Notes: a model not told the origin generated them from the letters alone. DNA of 64,000 nt from an archaeon (GCA_043822105.1 JBDRCD010000003.1:870-64869); one strand, 5' to 3'; shown: positions 54,330 through 63,462, counted from the stretch's first letter. A program made the numbers and translations.

Positions 54330-54381
54330 AACTACTTGAGAATAAGAAAAAGTATAAAAAGTTTGCCTTATTCTGCAAAAC
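54330..54381. promoter_or_regulatory. 52-bp divergent promoter region with an inverted repeat AGAATAAG-N19-CTTATTCT around a TATA-like gtataaaaag
   Basis: Inverted-repeat arms lie at 54340..54347 and 54367..54374. This is the only spacer between the two divergent operons. Confidence 0.6.
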
Positions 54382-57300
54382 GTGAAAGAGAATAATTCAT
54401 CAGAGGAGATTAGAGTAGTAACTCATTTAGCTACAGATAGAAGTTTGATTGGTTCTTTGAATTCTAATGTAAAGATTGCTTCTTGGGCTGTAGATACAGA
54501 AAATAACAGATTTGTTGATCCACGAACAGATGTTCTAAGCATACCTTTGAGATTTCCGACAGACCATTTTAAGGAGGAAGGTAGACCAGAAGCACAGGAT
54601 CTTATAAGAGCGAGAATTACTGAATTTAGAGACATGACAAAGAAGGATCTTCAGACAATAATTGACAAGAAGAATGCTATGCTTGAACAAAGAAATCCTG
54701 GAACAAAGGCTGCAAAGAAGATAGAAGATGAGATAAAAGAGATAAGAAAAGTACAATACAGAATTAATAGATTGATAAAAAGAGGTGAAACAGCGAGGAA
54801 TAAATACGGGGACTGGGTTTATGTTATTCAATCTCCTCACTTGAGCAATATTCAGCTGACGACAGTAAACGATCTTTATCATAACAATAAACACTACACC
54901 AAAACAACTGATCTCATAAAACTTGATGTTGGATTTCCATACAATGAAATGTTATTTGTAGATGGGAAGAGTAATACTATAGGGAAACACTTTGCAACAC
55001 TATCAGATAAAAAACACTACAATCTTGATACATTTGTCAACAGCTCTATGATGGCAAGCGATTTGGAAACAACCGAATGGCAAAAACTTATCTACTCTCC
55101 AGAAGACAAGCTGAAAAGCACTCTGGAACTGATAAAAGAGTACAAGCTTGCAGAGAATGAAGAGAATCTGACAGAACTTATGGAAAACACAAAGTCTCAG
55201 ATTCTTGAATTGGTGAGAAAGAAAAAAGATAGTGTAAGAGAAGAACAGATTGTTATTGGCACTATAGCTTATGCTGAGAATCCTCTCAAGTTTTGGCAGG
55301 AAAAGGACCTGTCGCAGTTAAAGACTTTCCTGATAACGGATATGCCTGTTGAAGATTCCCTTGATGTTGATATACCTTTAATTGGGGGAACCATAAACCC
55401 AGAGATATACAAAGTCAGCAACCATGAAGAAATAATGAAAGTCATGAGCGATATAACTCAGGAATACAATCCCTTCTCAATGACTGGGCATTTCTACTTT
55501 AAATTTGACAATGGAAAACCAGGGGAACTTGGTTTGGAATATAATACCGGAATAGATGGTGAAAAACCAGAATATCAATGGGGGTTGCTTAACAAATTTG
55601 TACAGATAAGAATTGCAAGAGGAAGGCTTGATCTTGACCCGGCGCTGTATTACCAACATTATGCTCCATGGACTGTGAATAATAAGCTAGATACTGTTTT
55701 TGAAGACCTAACAGGTGTGTTTGAGAAGAAAGAGATGACTCATACAGAGCTAGAGGAAAGAATACAGACAATACTTAAAGGGGGTATTTCCGAGAAAGAG
55801 AAACTTGAATTTGGAAGGCTTCTGCATAAGTATGCTGTAAGGGATTCAATAAAATCTCTGATAAATGGGGTGATTCTTCTTCCTGAAGTGGCTGCATTGT
55901 CTATGCTTTATAGGACTCCATTTCACAGAGTATGCTCAACTGACAAGAAAAGACTTTCTGAAGAATACTGGAATAAGAGAAGTCTGGAAGATACACTGAC
56001 TTTCCGTTATGAACATCCAAGGAATGAGAAACTTACTATGAGTTTTCAACTGTCAAAAACCTACAAGAAAGCAAAGTCTGGATTCATTGAATGGGAGGAT
56101 TTCAAGATATCGGATTGGCATGAAAGAATTTTAAAACACTACGGAAACTTTGGTAATTATAAAAAAGGATTCCAGAAAGCAAGGCTGATATATCTTCATC
56201 CTCATGTCAAAGCTCTCAAAGATTTCTTTGCTGATGATGAGAATGCCATGCGAATATTTAATTTGAATTTTGACGATAGAAAAAGCAGGATAAGAATGTA
56301 CAAAGGACTGGAAGCGATAGTAGAATATCCTTTGTTTAAACTATTGGATCTTTCAACTCAGAAACTTTACAATTATATGACTAACAATGGGCATCCAGAT
56401 TTGGAAGAGAAATTCAGCAGGGAATTTGGGCTTGATCTCACGGAATCCAACATAAGGAAGTATCATAATGATATAGTGAGATATTTCAGAAACATTGGTA
56501 AGGGCTTGAAGAATGAAGAAGTTCTCAACACCTACAAGAATTTCATACTGGTAAAAGAAAGCGATACTATAGATGATTTCTGCAATAGAATAGAGGAATT
56601 CAACTTTGGGACTGTTATGGGAAAGATGGATGCTATATCAATTGGAAACCATAAGTTTGGAGGAGTGATTGACGGCCAGATGATGAATTTTGGATTTTCA
56701 GACCCTAAATCCAATAAAGGCAAGAAGAATGAAGCTGCAAAAGAGATTCTCCAACTAGTTATGGACAAGGTATTGAGAGAGAAAGATTATGCTTCTGCAT
56801 TAAAGGCTGTTAGAGACATTTCTTGGGGGATACAGAACAGTATGATAGAAGAAGACGCTCTACAGTACAAGATAGAAGCGAAGAGGAATTTTTCAGAGTA
56901 TTCTTCAGCGGCTACGCTATGGGCAAAAGATGAATATGTTAAGAGGAGAATAAAGAAGGGAGAGATTATGATATACCATGCAGACACTAATGAACTGCTT
57001 GCAGATATGCTAGGAATCGCAGTTGATTTCTCGTCTGGACAGCCAATGTATTTTTCTACAGATAATGGCAAAAATATGCTAGAGAAAGATTTTGAAGATG
57101 AGTTGGAAGATAACTATAAGATGAAAAAGAAAGGCAAAATAAGAGAGTTGGTAGAATGCGTTGTGCCAACGACTCTAAAGCAATACCCTATTCTTTTTGA
57201 AGAGATGTCGGACATGGAGTTTGACTATGATGAACAGATAAGAGAACAGCAGGTAATGAACAGGGTTATATGTGGTGTAGCCACCGATGAACATATAGAT

Positions 57301-57405
57301 ATGCTGGTGAAACTATACAAAAAAATATCTCTTAATTATGAGCCTCCGAAGAAACAACCCAAACAAAAAATAGAGAATCCTGCTCAGATAACCATTGGTT
57401 TCTAA
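54382..57405 (+). CDS. Highly diverged family-B DNA polymerase-like protein. Exonuclease motifs are present. Canonical polymerase motifs are not recognisable.
   Basis: MASDLETTEW (Exo I, DxE), FYFKFDNG (Exo II-like), KYAVRDSIKSL (Exo III, YxxxD) and LLPEVAALSMLYRTPFHRV (like ...ELSRLSG...). In the motif A, B and C positions I find LIYLHPHV, YKGLEAIVEYPLF and VKESDTIDDF. GTG start. Confidence 0.6.
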   Translation: MKENNSSEEIRVVTHLATDRSLIGSLNSNVKIASWAVDTENNRFVDPRTDVLSIPLRFPTDHFKEEGRPEAQDLIRARITEFRDMTKKDLQTIIDKKNAMLEQRNPGTKAAKKIEDEIKEIRKVQYRINRLIKRGETARNKYGDWVYVIQSPHLSNIQLTTVNDLYHNNKHYTKTTDLIKLDVGFPYNEMLFVDGKSNTIGKHFATLSDKKHYNLDTFVNSSMMASDLETTEWQKLIYSPEDKLKSTLELIKEYKLAENEENLTELMENTKSQILELVRKKKDSVREEQIVIGTIAYAENPLKFWQEKDLSQLKTFLITDMPVEDSLDVDIPLIGGTINPEIYKVSNHEEIMKVMSDITQEYNPFSMTGHFYFKFDNGKPGELGLEYNTGIDGEKPEYQWGLLNKFVQIRIARGRLDLDPALYYQHYAPWTVNNKLDTVFEDLTGVFEKKEMTHTELEERIQTILKGGISEKEKLEFGRLLHKYAVRDSIKSLINGVILLPEVAALSMLYRTPFHRVCSTDKKRLSEEYWNKRSLEDTLTFRYEHPRNEKLTMSFQLSKTYKKAKSGFIEWEDFKISDWHERILKHYGNFGNYKKGFQKARLIYLHPHVKALKDFFADDENAMRIFNLNFDDRKSRIRMYKGLEAIVEYPLFKLLDLSTQKLYNYMTNNGHPDLEEKFSREFGLDLTESNIRKYHNDIVRYFRNIGKGLKNEEVLNTYKNFILVKESDTIDDFCNRIEEFNFGTVMGKMDAISIGNHKFGGVIDGQMMNFGFSDPKSNKGKKNEAAKEILQLVMDKVLREKDYASALKAVRDISWGIQNSMIEEDALQYKIEAKRNFSEYSSAATLWAKDEYVKRRIKKGEIMIYHADTNELLADMLGIAVDFSSGQPMYFSTDNGKNMLEKDFEDELEDNYKMKKKGKIRELVECVVPTTLKQYPILFEEMSDMEFDYDEQIREQQVMNRVICGVATDEHIDMLVKLYKKISLNYEPPKKQPKQKIENPAQITIGF

Positions 57406-57445
57406 TCTCGCAAAACATATAAACCATTGAATTTTACAATTGCTC

Positions 57446-59512
57446 ATGATTATAAATTCTCTCAAGCTGAAAAACATCCGTTCCTACAAAAAAGAAGAAA
57501 TAGTTTTTCCAGAAGGGTCAATAATGCTTTCAGGTGACATTGGTGCCGGGAAAACAACAATTCTTTTATCCATAGAGTTTGCTCTTTTTGGCATAATGAG
57601 GGGACAGCTAACAGGCGGAAGTCTTCTGAGGCATGGTACAAGTGAAGGATACGTTGAGCTGACATTTACCATCGACGATAAAAAAATAGTCATTAAAAGA
57701 TATCTTAAGAGAAAAAATAAAACCGTTGCACAGGATTCAGGTCACATTATTATTGGCGAAGAAAAATATGAACTGACACCCGTTGAGTTGAAGTCAAAAA
57801 TACTTGAACTGATAGGCTACCCAGACGAGCTTCTGACAAAGTCAAAATCTCTAATATTCAGATACACAGTTTACACGCCTCAGGAGGAGATGAAGCAGAT
57901 ACTTCTGGAAAGTCAGGACGAAAGACTTGAAGTTATCAGAAGGATATTCAACATTGATAAATACAAGCGCATAAAAGACAACACTTTGAATTATCTCAAG
58001 CATTTGAGAATAAAAAAAACTGAGTTTGAAACCAGAATTGAAGACTTGGAAGAGAAAAAGAAAGAGTATTCCAACTACAATGAAAAAATAAAGACCATAA
58101 AAGAAGAAGCTGCAAAAATACAGCTTTTGATTGATGATATTACAAAGAAATTCAATGAACAGCAGTCAAAGGTTAAAGTTCATGAAGAAAAGATAAAAGA
58201 AATAGAATCATTGAAAGGACAGATTGAAATCAAAACCAGCAACATCAGCAACAACAAAACAAATGTCAAAAACAGTGATCAAGAACTGAAAGAACTCAAC
58301 AGTGCAATTCTCAAACTGGATGAAGAACTGAAAGACGTGACAATGATTGACATAAAAAAGCTGAAAAAGCAAAGAGAAGAGTTAGTTAAAGAAAAAGAGA
58401 AACTGTCCGACAACCTTGAAAAAATAAGAGATAGGGAAGCAGAGTTCACAGCAAAAAAGAACAGCTCCAAAGAAATCATGAAAAAACTACTGTCACTCGA
58501 CAAATGTCCTGTCTGCGAACAGATGGTTGATTCTAATCACAAAAAACACGTCAATGAAAGAGAAAATAAAAACATTGTCAATGTTGAAGAACAGCTATTA
58601 AAACTCCAGGATTTGAAAAGAAAGCGAAAAAGTGCTCTTGATGAACTGGAAAAAAAGATAGGTGACCTGACAAACAACATCAACAGGAACGAGCTGATAT
58701 CCATAAAAAAAGAACAGCTTGACAGCAACATAAAAGAAAAAGAACAGATAATGAAGGATCAGATTCTCACAAAGTCCGTCATTGAAAAAGAAGAACAGGA
58801 CGTAATTGACATAAAAAAACAGTTGGAATCACACAGGGACATTGAAAAGATATATTTACAGGAAAAACAGACATTGGAATTGATAAGATCCCAGAAACAG
58901 TCACAGGACATAAGAAGGGCAGAGCAGCTTCGGGAAGTAAAAACTTTGGAAGAAGTAAAACTGAGAGTCAAAGAGGAGATAAACAAAAAAGAAGAGTCAA
59001 AGAAAAGTCTGGTCTATGTCAACGAAGTGCAGAACTGGATACACAAGTTTTTCATGAACGTAATCTACATGATGGAAAAACAAATCATGCTGACAATCTA
59101 TCAGGAATTCAACGAGTATTTTCAGGAATGGTTCAATATTCTAATTGAGGAAGAGACCCTCAATGTGAGGCTTGACGAGACATTCACACCTCTGATAGAA
59201 CAGAACGGCTATGACACATACATTGCAAATCTTTCAGGCGGAGAAAGAACCTCAGTTGCACTGGCCTACAGACTGGCGCTGAACAAAGTTATCAACGATT
59301 TCATGGGACTTATAAAAACAAAGGACCTGCTGATACTGGATGAGCCGACAGACGGATTCTCATCTGACCAGCTGGACAAGATAAGGGATCTTTTGGAGAT
59401 AATAAACATCAGACAGGTAATCCTTGTTAGCCATGAGCCAAAGCTAGAAAGCTACGTTGATCATATTCTAAGAATACATAAAAAAGAACATCTAAGCAAA
59501 GTAATTGCTTGA
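57446..59512 (+). CDS. Rad50/SbcC-like SMC ATPase with a short coiled coil and a CxxC zinc hook
   Basis: GDIGAGKTT (Walker A), YTPQEEM (Q-loop), LDKCPVCEQ (hook), LSGGERTSVALAYRLAL (signature), LLILDEPTDGF (Walker B), ILVSHEP. Confidence 0.8.
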   Translation: MIINSLKLKNIRSYKKEEIVFPEGSIMLSGDIGAGKTTILLSIEFALFGIMRGQLTGGSLLRHGTSEGYVELTFTIDDKKIVIKRYLKRKNKTVAQDSGHIIIGEEKYELTPVELKSKILELIGYPDELLTKSKSLIFRYTVYTPQEEMKQILLESQDERLEVIRRIFNIDKYKRIKDNTLNYLKHLRIKKTEFETRIEDLEEKKKEYSNYNEKIKTIKEEAAKIQLLIDDITKKFNEQQSKVKVHEEKIKEIESLKGQIEIKTSNISNNKTNVKNSDQELKELNSAILKLDEELKDVTMIDIKKLKKQREELVKEKEKLSDNLEKIRDREAEFTAKKNSSKEIMKKLLSLDKCPVCEQMVDSNHKKHVNERENKNIVNVEEQLLKLQDLKRKRKSALDELEKKIGDLTNNINRNELISIKKEQLDSNIKEKEQIMKDQILTKSVIEKEEQDVIDIKKQLESHRDIEKIYLQEKQTLELIRSQKQSQDIRRAEQLREVKTLEEVKLRVKEEINKKEESKKSLVYVNEVQNWIHKFFMNVIYMMEKQIMLTIYQEFNEYFQEWFNILIEEETLNVRLDETFTPLIEQNGYDTYIANLSGGERTSVALAYRLALNKVINDFMGLIKTKDLLILDEPTDGFSSDQLDKIRDLLEIINIRQVILVSHEPKLESYVDHILRIHKKEHLSKVIA

Positions 59513-59857
59513 TTAATCCTGCTTTGGTGTGAACAGCACAAAAGATCCTTCATTATGCTGAGAATTGTTGTCATGAGACAGGATATCATATTCTTTGATA
59601 ATTGCTTGCTTTTCCATATTTGAGATATAGTTCAGAATAGTTGTTTCAACACCATATTTGGCTGCAATATCCTTTGAATCACCTGTAAGGCTGATCGTCC
59701 AAGTATCTCTTGCTATAGAAATCATGTTGGATGGATTTACAAACTGCAGATTTATTCCTGCGGCTCCGTCAACAGCAATATTTGAAATAGAATAGACTTC
59801 CTGTTTTTCATAGTTGTCGATTAACTCTCTTATTGCTTTTCCTATATTATCTTGCAT
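59513..59857 (-). CDS. Hypothetical protein, convergent with and abutting the Rad50-like gene
   Basis: ORF track only. Confidence 0.4.
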   Translation of the reverse strand: MQDNIGKAIRELIDNYEKQEVYSISNIAVDGAAGINLQFVNPSNMISIARDTWTISLTGDSKDIAAKYGVETTILNYISNMEKQAIIKEYDILSHDNNSQHNEGSFVLFTPKQD

Positions 59858-59923
59858 CTTAACTTTTTAGGAAATCTTAATTATTTATAAAACTTTATTA
59901 AACAAAGATAGTTTTCATGTTCT

Positions 59924-60847
59924 ATGGCAGAATTTCCAAAGCTAAAAAACAAGGCAATTCTAAGTCCGATGGCTGGTGTGACTGACGTTGCATTTAGAGC
60001 TCTCGCTAGAAAATATGGTGCAGGTTTGACCTATACGGAGTTTGTAAGCAGCGCAGCAATTGTCAGAGGCAACAAGACAAGCCTTCGGATGCTTGACACT
60101 GACCCTTCTGAAAAACCGGTTGCTGTTCAGCTTTTTGGAAGCAATGTAACAGAGGTTGTTGAAGCTGCAAAACTATTGGAAAAAAGATTTGATGTTATTG
60201 ACATAAACTGCGGTTGTCCGGCCTGGAAAGTTATAAAGACAGGTGCGGGAAGCGAGATGCTGAAGGAGCCGAAAGGCGTTGCAAAGCTTGTCAGTAAACT
60301 AACATCTGTGGTTAGTAAGCCAATAACAATCAAGATACGAATTGGAATCGATGAAAAGAATATCAATGCGGTTGAAGTTGCAAAGGCAGCTGAGAAGGCC
60401 GGTGCAGCAGCAATAGCGGTTCACGGCAGAACACAGGTTCAGGGCTACAGCGCAGAGGCCGACTGGAAAATAATAAAGCAGGTAAAGAAAGCAGTTAGCA
60501 TTCCTGTGATTGGAAACGGAGACGTTGACAGTCCTGAAGTTTTCAAGAAACGACTGGAAGAAAGCGGAGTTGACTACATAATGATTGCCAGAGCAGCAAT
60601 GACAAACCCCTACATTTTCAAGCAGATAAATGATTTTGTGAAAATAGGAAAATACAATAAAAAAAGTAAGGAAGAACAGTTTCTGGAGTATTTAGAGTTT
60701 GCAGAGAAGTACAAAATACCCTATCCTGCTGTGAGACACCACGCAATAAAGTTTTCAAGAGGAATTGTGGGCGGTGCAAAACAAAGGCAGGAAATGCTAA
60801 AATGCAAGACGACGGTTGATTTAAAGTCAACATTTCAAAAGCTTTAA
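59924..60847 (+). CDS. dus: tRNA-dihydrouridine synthase
   Basis: LSPMAGVTDVAFR, DINCGCP and HGRT motifs of Dus TIM-barrel flavoenzymes. Confidence 0.85.
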   Translation: MAEFPKLKNKAILSPMAGVTDVAFRALARKYGAGLTYTEFVSSAAIVRGNKTSLRMLDTDPSEKPVAVQLFGSNVTEVVEAAKLLEKRFDVIDINCGCPAWKVIKTGAGSEMLKEPKGVAKLVSKLTSVVSKPITIKIRIGIDEKNINAVEVAKAAEKAGAAAIAVHGRTQVQGYSAEADWKIIKQVKKAVSIPVIGNGDVDSPEVFKKRLEESGVDYIMIARAAMTNPYIFKQINDFVKIGKYNKKSKEEQFLEYLEFAEKYKIPYPAVRHHAIKFSRGIVGGAKQRQEMLKCKTTVDLKSTFQKL

Positions 60848-60872
60848 ATAAGAAGCTTCTTTTATTATTCTC

Positions 60873-61274
60873 ATGAGGTTTACGAAGATAACCATAATAA
60901 GCTCCAGAAAACCACAGGAGCACGACATAAACGAGCAGCTGCAATGGTTTGGTGGAAGTCTTGGTCTTTTTGGCATAAGAGACAAGGACAAGAGCTGTTT
61001 TCGTGTGTTTATAGTTCTTCTAAAGAATCTAAAAGAAGAAGGGCCCATAAGCTCCGATGAAATAGCAGACAGAACTGGTCTTACCAGAGGAACGGTTGTT
61101 CATCATTTAAACAGGCTGATGAGTTCAGGAATAGTAACTTCTGAAAAAGGCGGTTATCAGCTGAAAGTTGATAAGTTGGAAGACCTTGTAGACATCATAA
61201 AAGACAATGTTGACAGGACATTTGACAATCTGAAGAACATAGGCAAGGATTTGGATAAGAAGTTGGGGTTATGA
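60873..61274 (+). CDS. Winged-helix (ArsR-like) transcriptional regulator
   Basis: ISSDEIADRTGLTRGTVVHHLNRLMSSGIV helix-turn-helix. Confidence 0.65.
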   Translation: MRFTKITIISSRKPQEHDINEQLQWFGGSLGLFGIRDKDKSCFRVFIVLLKNLKEEGPISSDEIADRTGLTRGTVVHHLNRLMSSGIVTSEKGGYQLKVDKLEDLVDIIKDNVDRTFDNLKNIGKDLDKKLGL

Positions 61275-61275
61275 A

Positions 61276-62265
61276 ATGGGAAAGCTGCCTTTTGAAGAGA
61301 AAAAAAAAGATATTCTTGTTAAAAGAGATAGTTCTACGAGCCCAAAGTTCGGAAAAAAGCCTGAAGATAGAGATATCAATGAGCTGATTGAGTATGGTGT
61401 TGTCAATATTGACAAGCCGGATGGACCAAGCAGTCATCAGGTTTCAGCCTATGCAAGAGATATTCTCGAACTGAAAAAGGCAGGTCATTCAGGAACTCTT
61501 GATCCTGGAGTCACGGGTGTGTTGGTTGTTTCTCTTGGAAACGCAACAAGAATATCACAGGCACTTCTGACAGCAGGGAAAGAATATGTATGCCTCATGA
61601 AACTTCACAAAGAAGTCGATGAAAAGACAATCAGGAAAACCATGGCACAGTTTGTCGGAAAGATAAGACAGTTGCCTCCTGTGAAAAGCGCTGTGAAAAG
61701 ACAACTGAGATTCAGAACAATATATTATCTGGATATTTTAGATATTGACAAAAAAGAAATTCTGTTTGTGGCGGGAACCCAGGCAGGAACCTACATCAGG
61801 AAACTCTGTCATGACATCGGAGAAGTGTTGGGTGTTGGAGCCAACATGTTTGAGCTTCGAAGAACAAAAGTAGGTCCATTCAATGAAAGTACATTATGTA
61901 CACTGCAGGATCTGAAGGATGCCTATTATTTCTACAAAAAAGATGAGGATGAAACCATGCTCAGAAAACTAATTCTTCCGGTGGAGTTTGCAGTAGAGCA
62001 TATGCCGAAGATTTGGGTTATGGACACAACCGTTGACACTCTTTGCCATGGAGCAAGCCTGAAAGTTCCTGGAATAGCAAAGCTTCATTCAGGAATTGAA
62101 CCTGACATGAAAGTAGCTGTTATGACACTTAAGGATGAGTTAATAATGACTGCAGTTGCAACACTTAGTTCTCAGGTAATACTTAAGGAGCAAAAAGGAA
62201 TAGCTGCGAAGCCGGAACAGGTATTTATGAATCCAGGAGTTTATCCAAAACTCGAAACTGCATAA
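61276..62265 (+). CDS. cbf5: H/ACA RNP pseudouridine synthase Cbf5 (TruB family with PUA domain)
   Basis: NIDKPDGPSSHQV, GHSGTLDPGVTGVL and a C-terminal PUA-like segment. Confidence 0.9.
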   Translation: MGKLPFEEKKKDILVKRDSSTSPKFGKKPEDRDINELIEYGVVNIDKPDGPSSHQVSAYARDILELKKAGHSGTLDPGVTGVLVVSLGNATRISQALLTAGKEYVCLMKLHKEVDEKTIRKTMAQFVGKIRQLPPVKSAVKRQLRFRTIYYLDILDIDKKEILFVAGTQAGTYIRKLCHDIGEVLGVGANMFELRRTKVGPFNESTLCTLQDLKDAYYFYKKDEDETMLRKLILPVEFAVEHMPKIWVMDTTVDTLCHGASLKVPGIAKLHSGIEPDMKVAVMTLKDELIMTAVATLSSQVILKEQKGIAAKPEQVFMNPGVYPKLETA

Positions 62266-62297
62266 TATTTTTATAATATGAATGCTTTTTTCTTGCC

Positions 62298-62999
62298 ATG
62301 AAGAGGATAATACTGCTTTTTTTGATTGTTCTGTTGCTTGCAGGATGCAGCAGAAAAGAAGTTTTTTTTACAGATCAGGGAATAGAAGAGTTAAATAACT
62401 CATTTAACGGTCAGATAATAGAGAAGGAGGTCAGTATAGAAGATGCGCCTCCGATGTATGATATTGTTTACCATGCCGATGAACAAACCTACAGGAACTA
62501 TTTTAGACCGGAACTGAGGTCTGCTCTTGACTGGATTGTTAACAACACTCCTAAGAATTCTGTTTTTCTGAACTGGTGGGATTATGGACACATGATTCGT
62601 GGATATACGGGAAGGAGTGTTATTGTTTTCAGCCCTTCTGAAGATCTGCTGTGGACTCTTGCCAGCGGTGAATGGGATGAGGAAAGCAGTGGTCCATTTG
62701 CTACTGATGAAGATACCCAGGACGTTTCATTTGCATTGTTTGGGGATGATATTGAAGCCACGAGGCTTATAATGGAGAAGCATGGTGCCTATTACATATT
62801 TGTAACGTCAATTGATAAAGACATATTTGAATACACTCTTTTCTATAAAATGTATTCTGAGGAAGAGTTTTCTGAAGATGAGAAAACTCAAAAGATAGAA
62901 GAAGCAATCATAACTAAACTGTTGAACGGAGAGGCTTTTGAAGGTTTCAATGTTGCATACGCAGACCAGTATGTTAAGATATATCAGCGAATCTATTGA
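62298..62999 (+). CDS. Lipoprotein carrying a WWDYG motif (AglB/STT3 C-terminal-domain-like) without the TM core
   Basis: Signal peptide with LLAGC lipobox. FLNWWDYGHMIRGYTGRSVIV. Confidence 0.5.
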   Translation: MKRIILLFLIVLLLAGCSRKEVFFTDQGIEELNNSFNGQIIEKEVSIEDAPPMYDIVYHADEQTYRNYFRPELRSALDWIVNNTPKNSVFLNWWDYGHMIRGYTGRSVIVFSPSEDLLWTLASGEWDEESSGPFATDEDTQDVSFALFGDDIEATRLIMEKHGAYYIFVTSIDKDIFEYTLFYKMYSEEEFSEDEKTQKIEEAIITKLLNGEAFEGFNVAYADQYVKIYQRIY

Positions 63000-63462
63000 A
63001 AACCTTTACTTCGTATAAATGCAGAAAATTTTCCATCCTTGCATTAAACATATCATGTTTGTCTCTTGTCAGAACATCTGCTCCAACATGAATTGCAGCT
63101 GCTAGAATTACAGCGTCGCTTGGATCATGCTCGTTTGTATTGAGTTCTGGAATTGTAGATTTTGCAAAAGAACGCTCCATTTTCATGTTTCCAGGATGAA
63201 CAGGAACTGTAAGAATAGGAATCTTATTTTTTTTCAGGAACTTTCTAATGGCTATGTTTATGTCATTGTGAACATGATTATGAATAAACAAATATTCTTC
63301 GACGTTGAAAGAGGTGATTGCAAACTTTTTCTTTTTCATGAGTTTCTTTAACTTTTTTTCTTTGTGGTTCTCAAAAGTGTAGATAAGAAAACAAGTGTCG
63401 ATGAGATAATCTACTTTCTCATCCAATGTAATTCTTGGTAGAGAGCGGAATAGTTCAATCAT
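62974..63462 (-). CDS. PIN-domain protein
   Basis: YLIDTCFLI...FNVEEY...DAVILAAAIHVGADVLTRDKH acidic residues. Start refined to the GGAGG-preceded ATG (MIELFRS). Confidence 0.65.
   Translation of the reverse strand: MIELFRSLPRITLDEKVDYLIDTCFLIYTFENHKEKKLKKLMKKKKFAITSFNVEEYLFIHNHVHNDINIAIRKFLKKNKIPILTVPVHPGNMKMERSFAKSTIPELNTNEHDPSDAVILAAAIHVGADVLTRDKHDMFNARMENFLHLYEVKVFNRFADIS

Noticed and set aside
58279-58986. Several minus-strand Ser/Phe-rich ORFs inside the Rad50-like gene
   Set aside because: They are antisense shadows of the Lys/Glu-rich coiled-coil coding region.
57446-59512. Calling the SMC-like ATPase the canonical Rad50 of an Mre11-Rad50-HerA-NurA cluster
   Set aside because: No Mre11 phosphoesterase motifs and no HerA or NurA genes are found on either side. 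The coiled coil is short and the upstream partner is the PolB-like gene. It is therefore annotated only as Rad50/SbcC-like.
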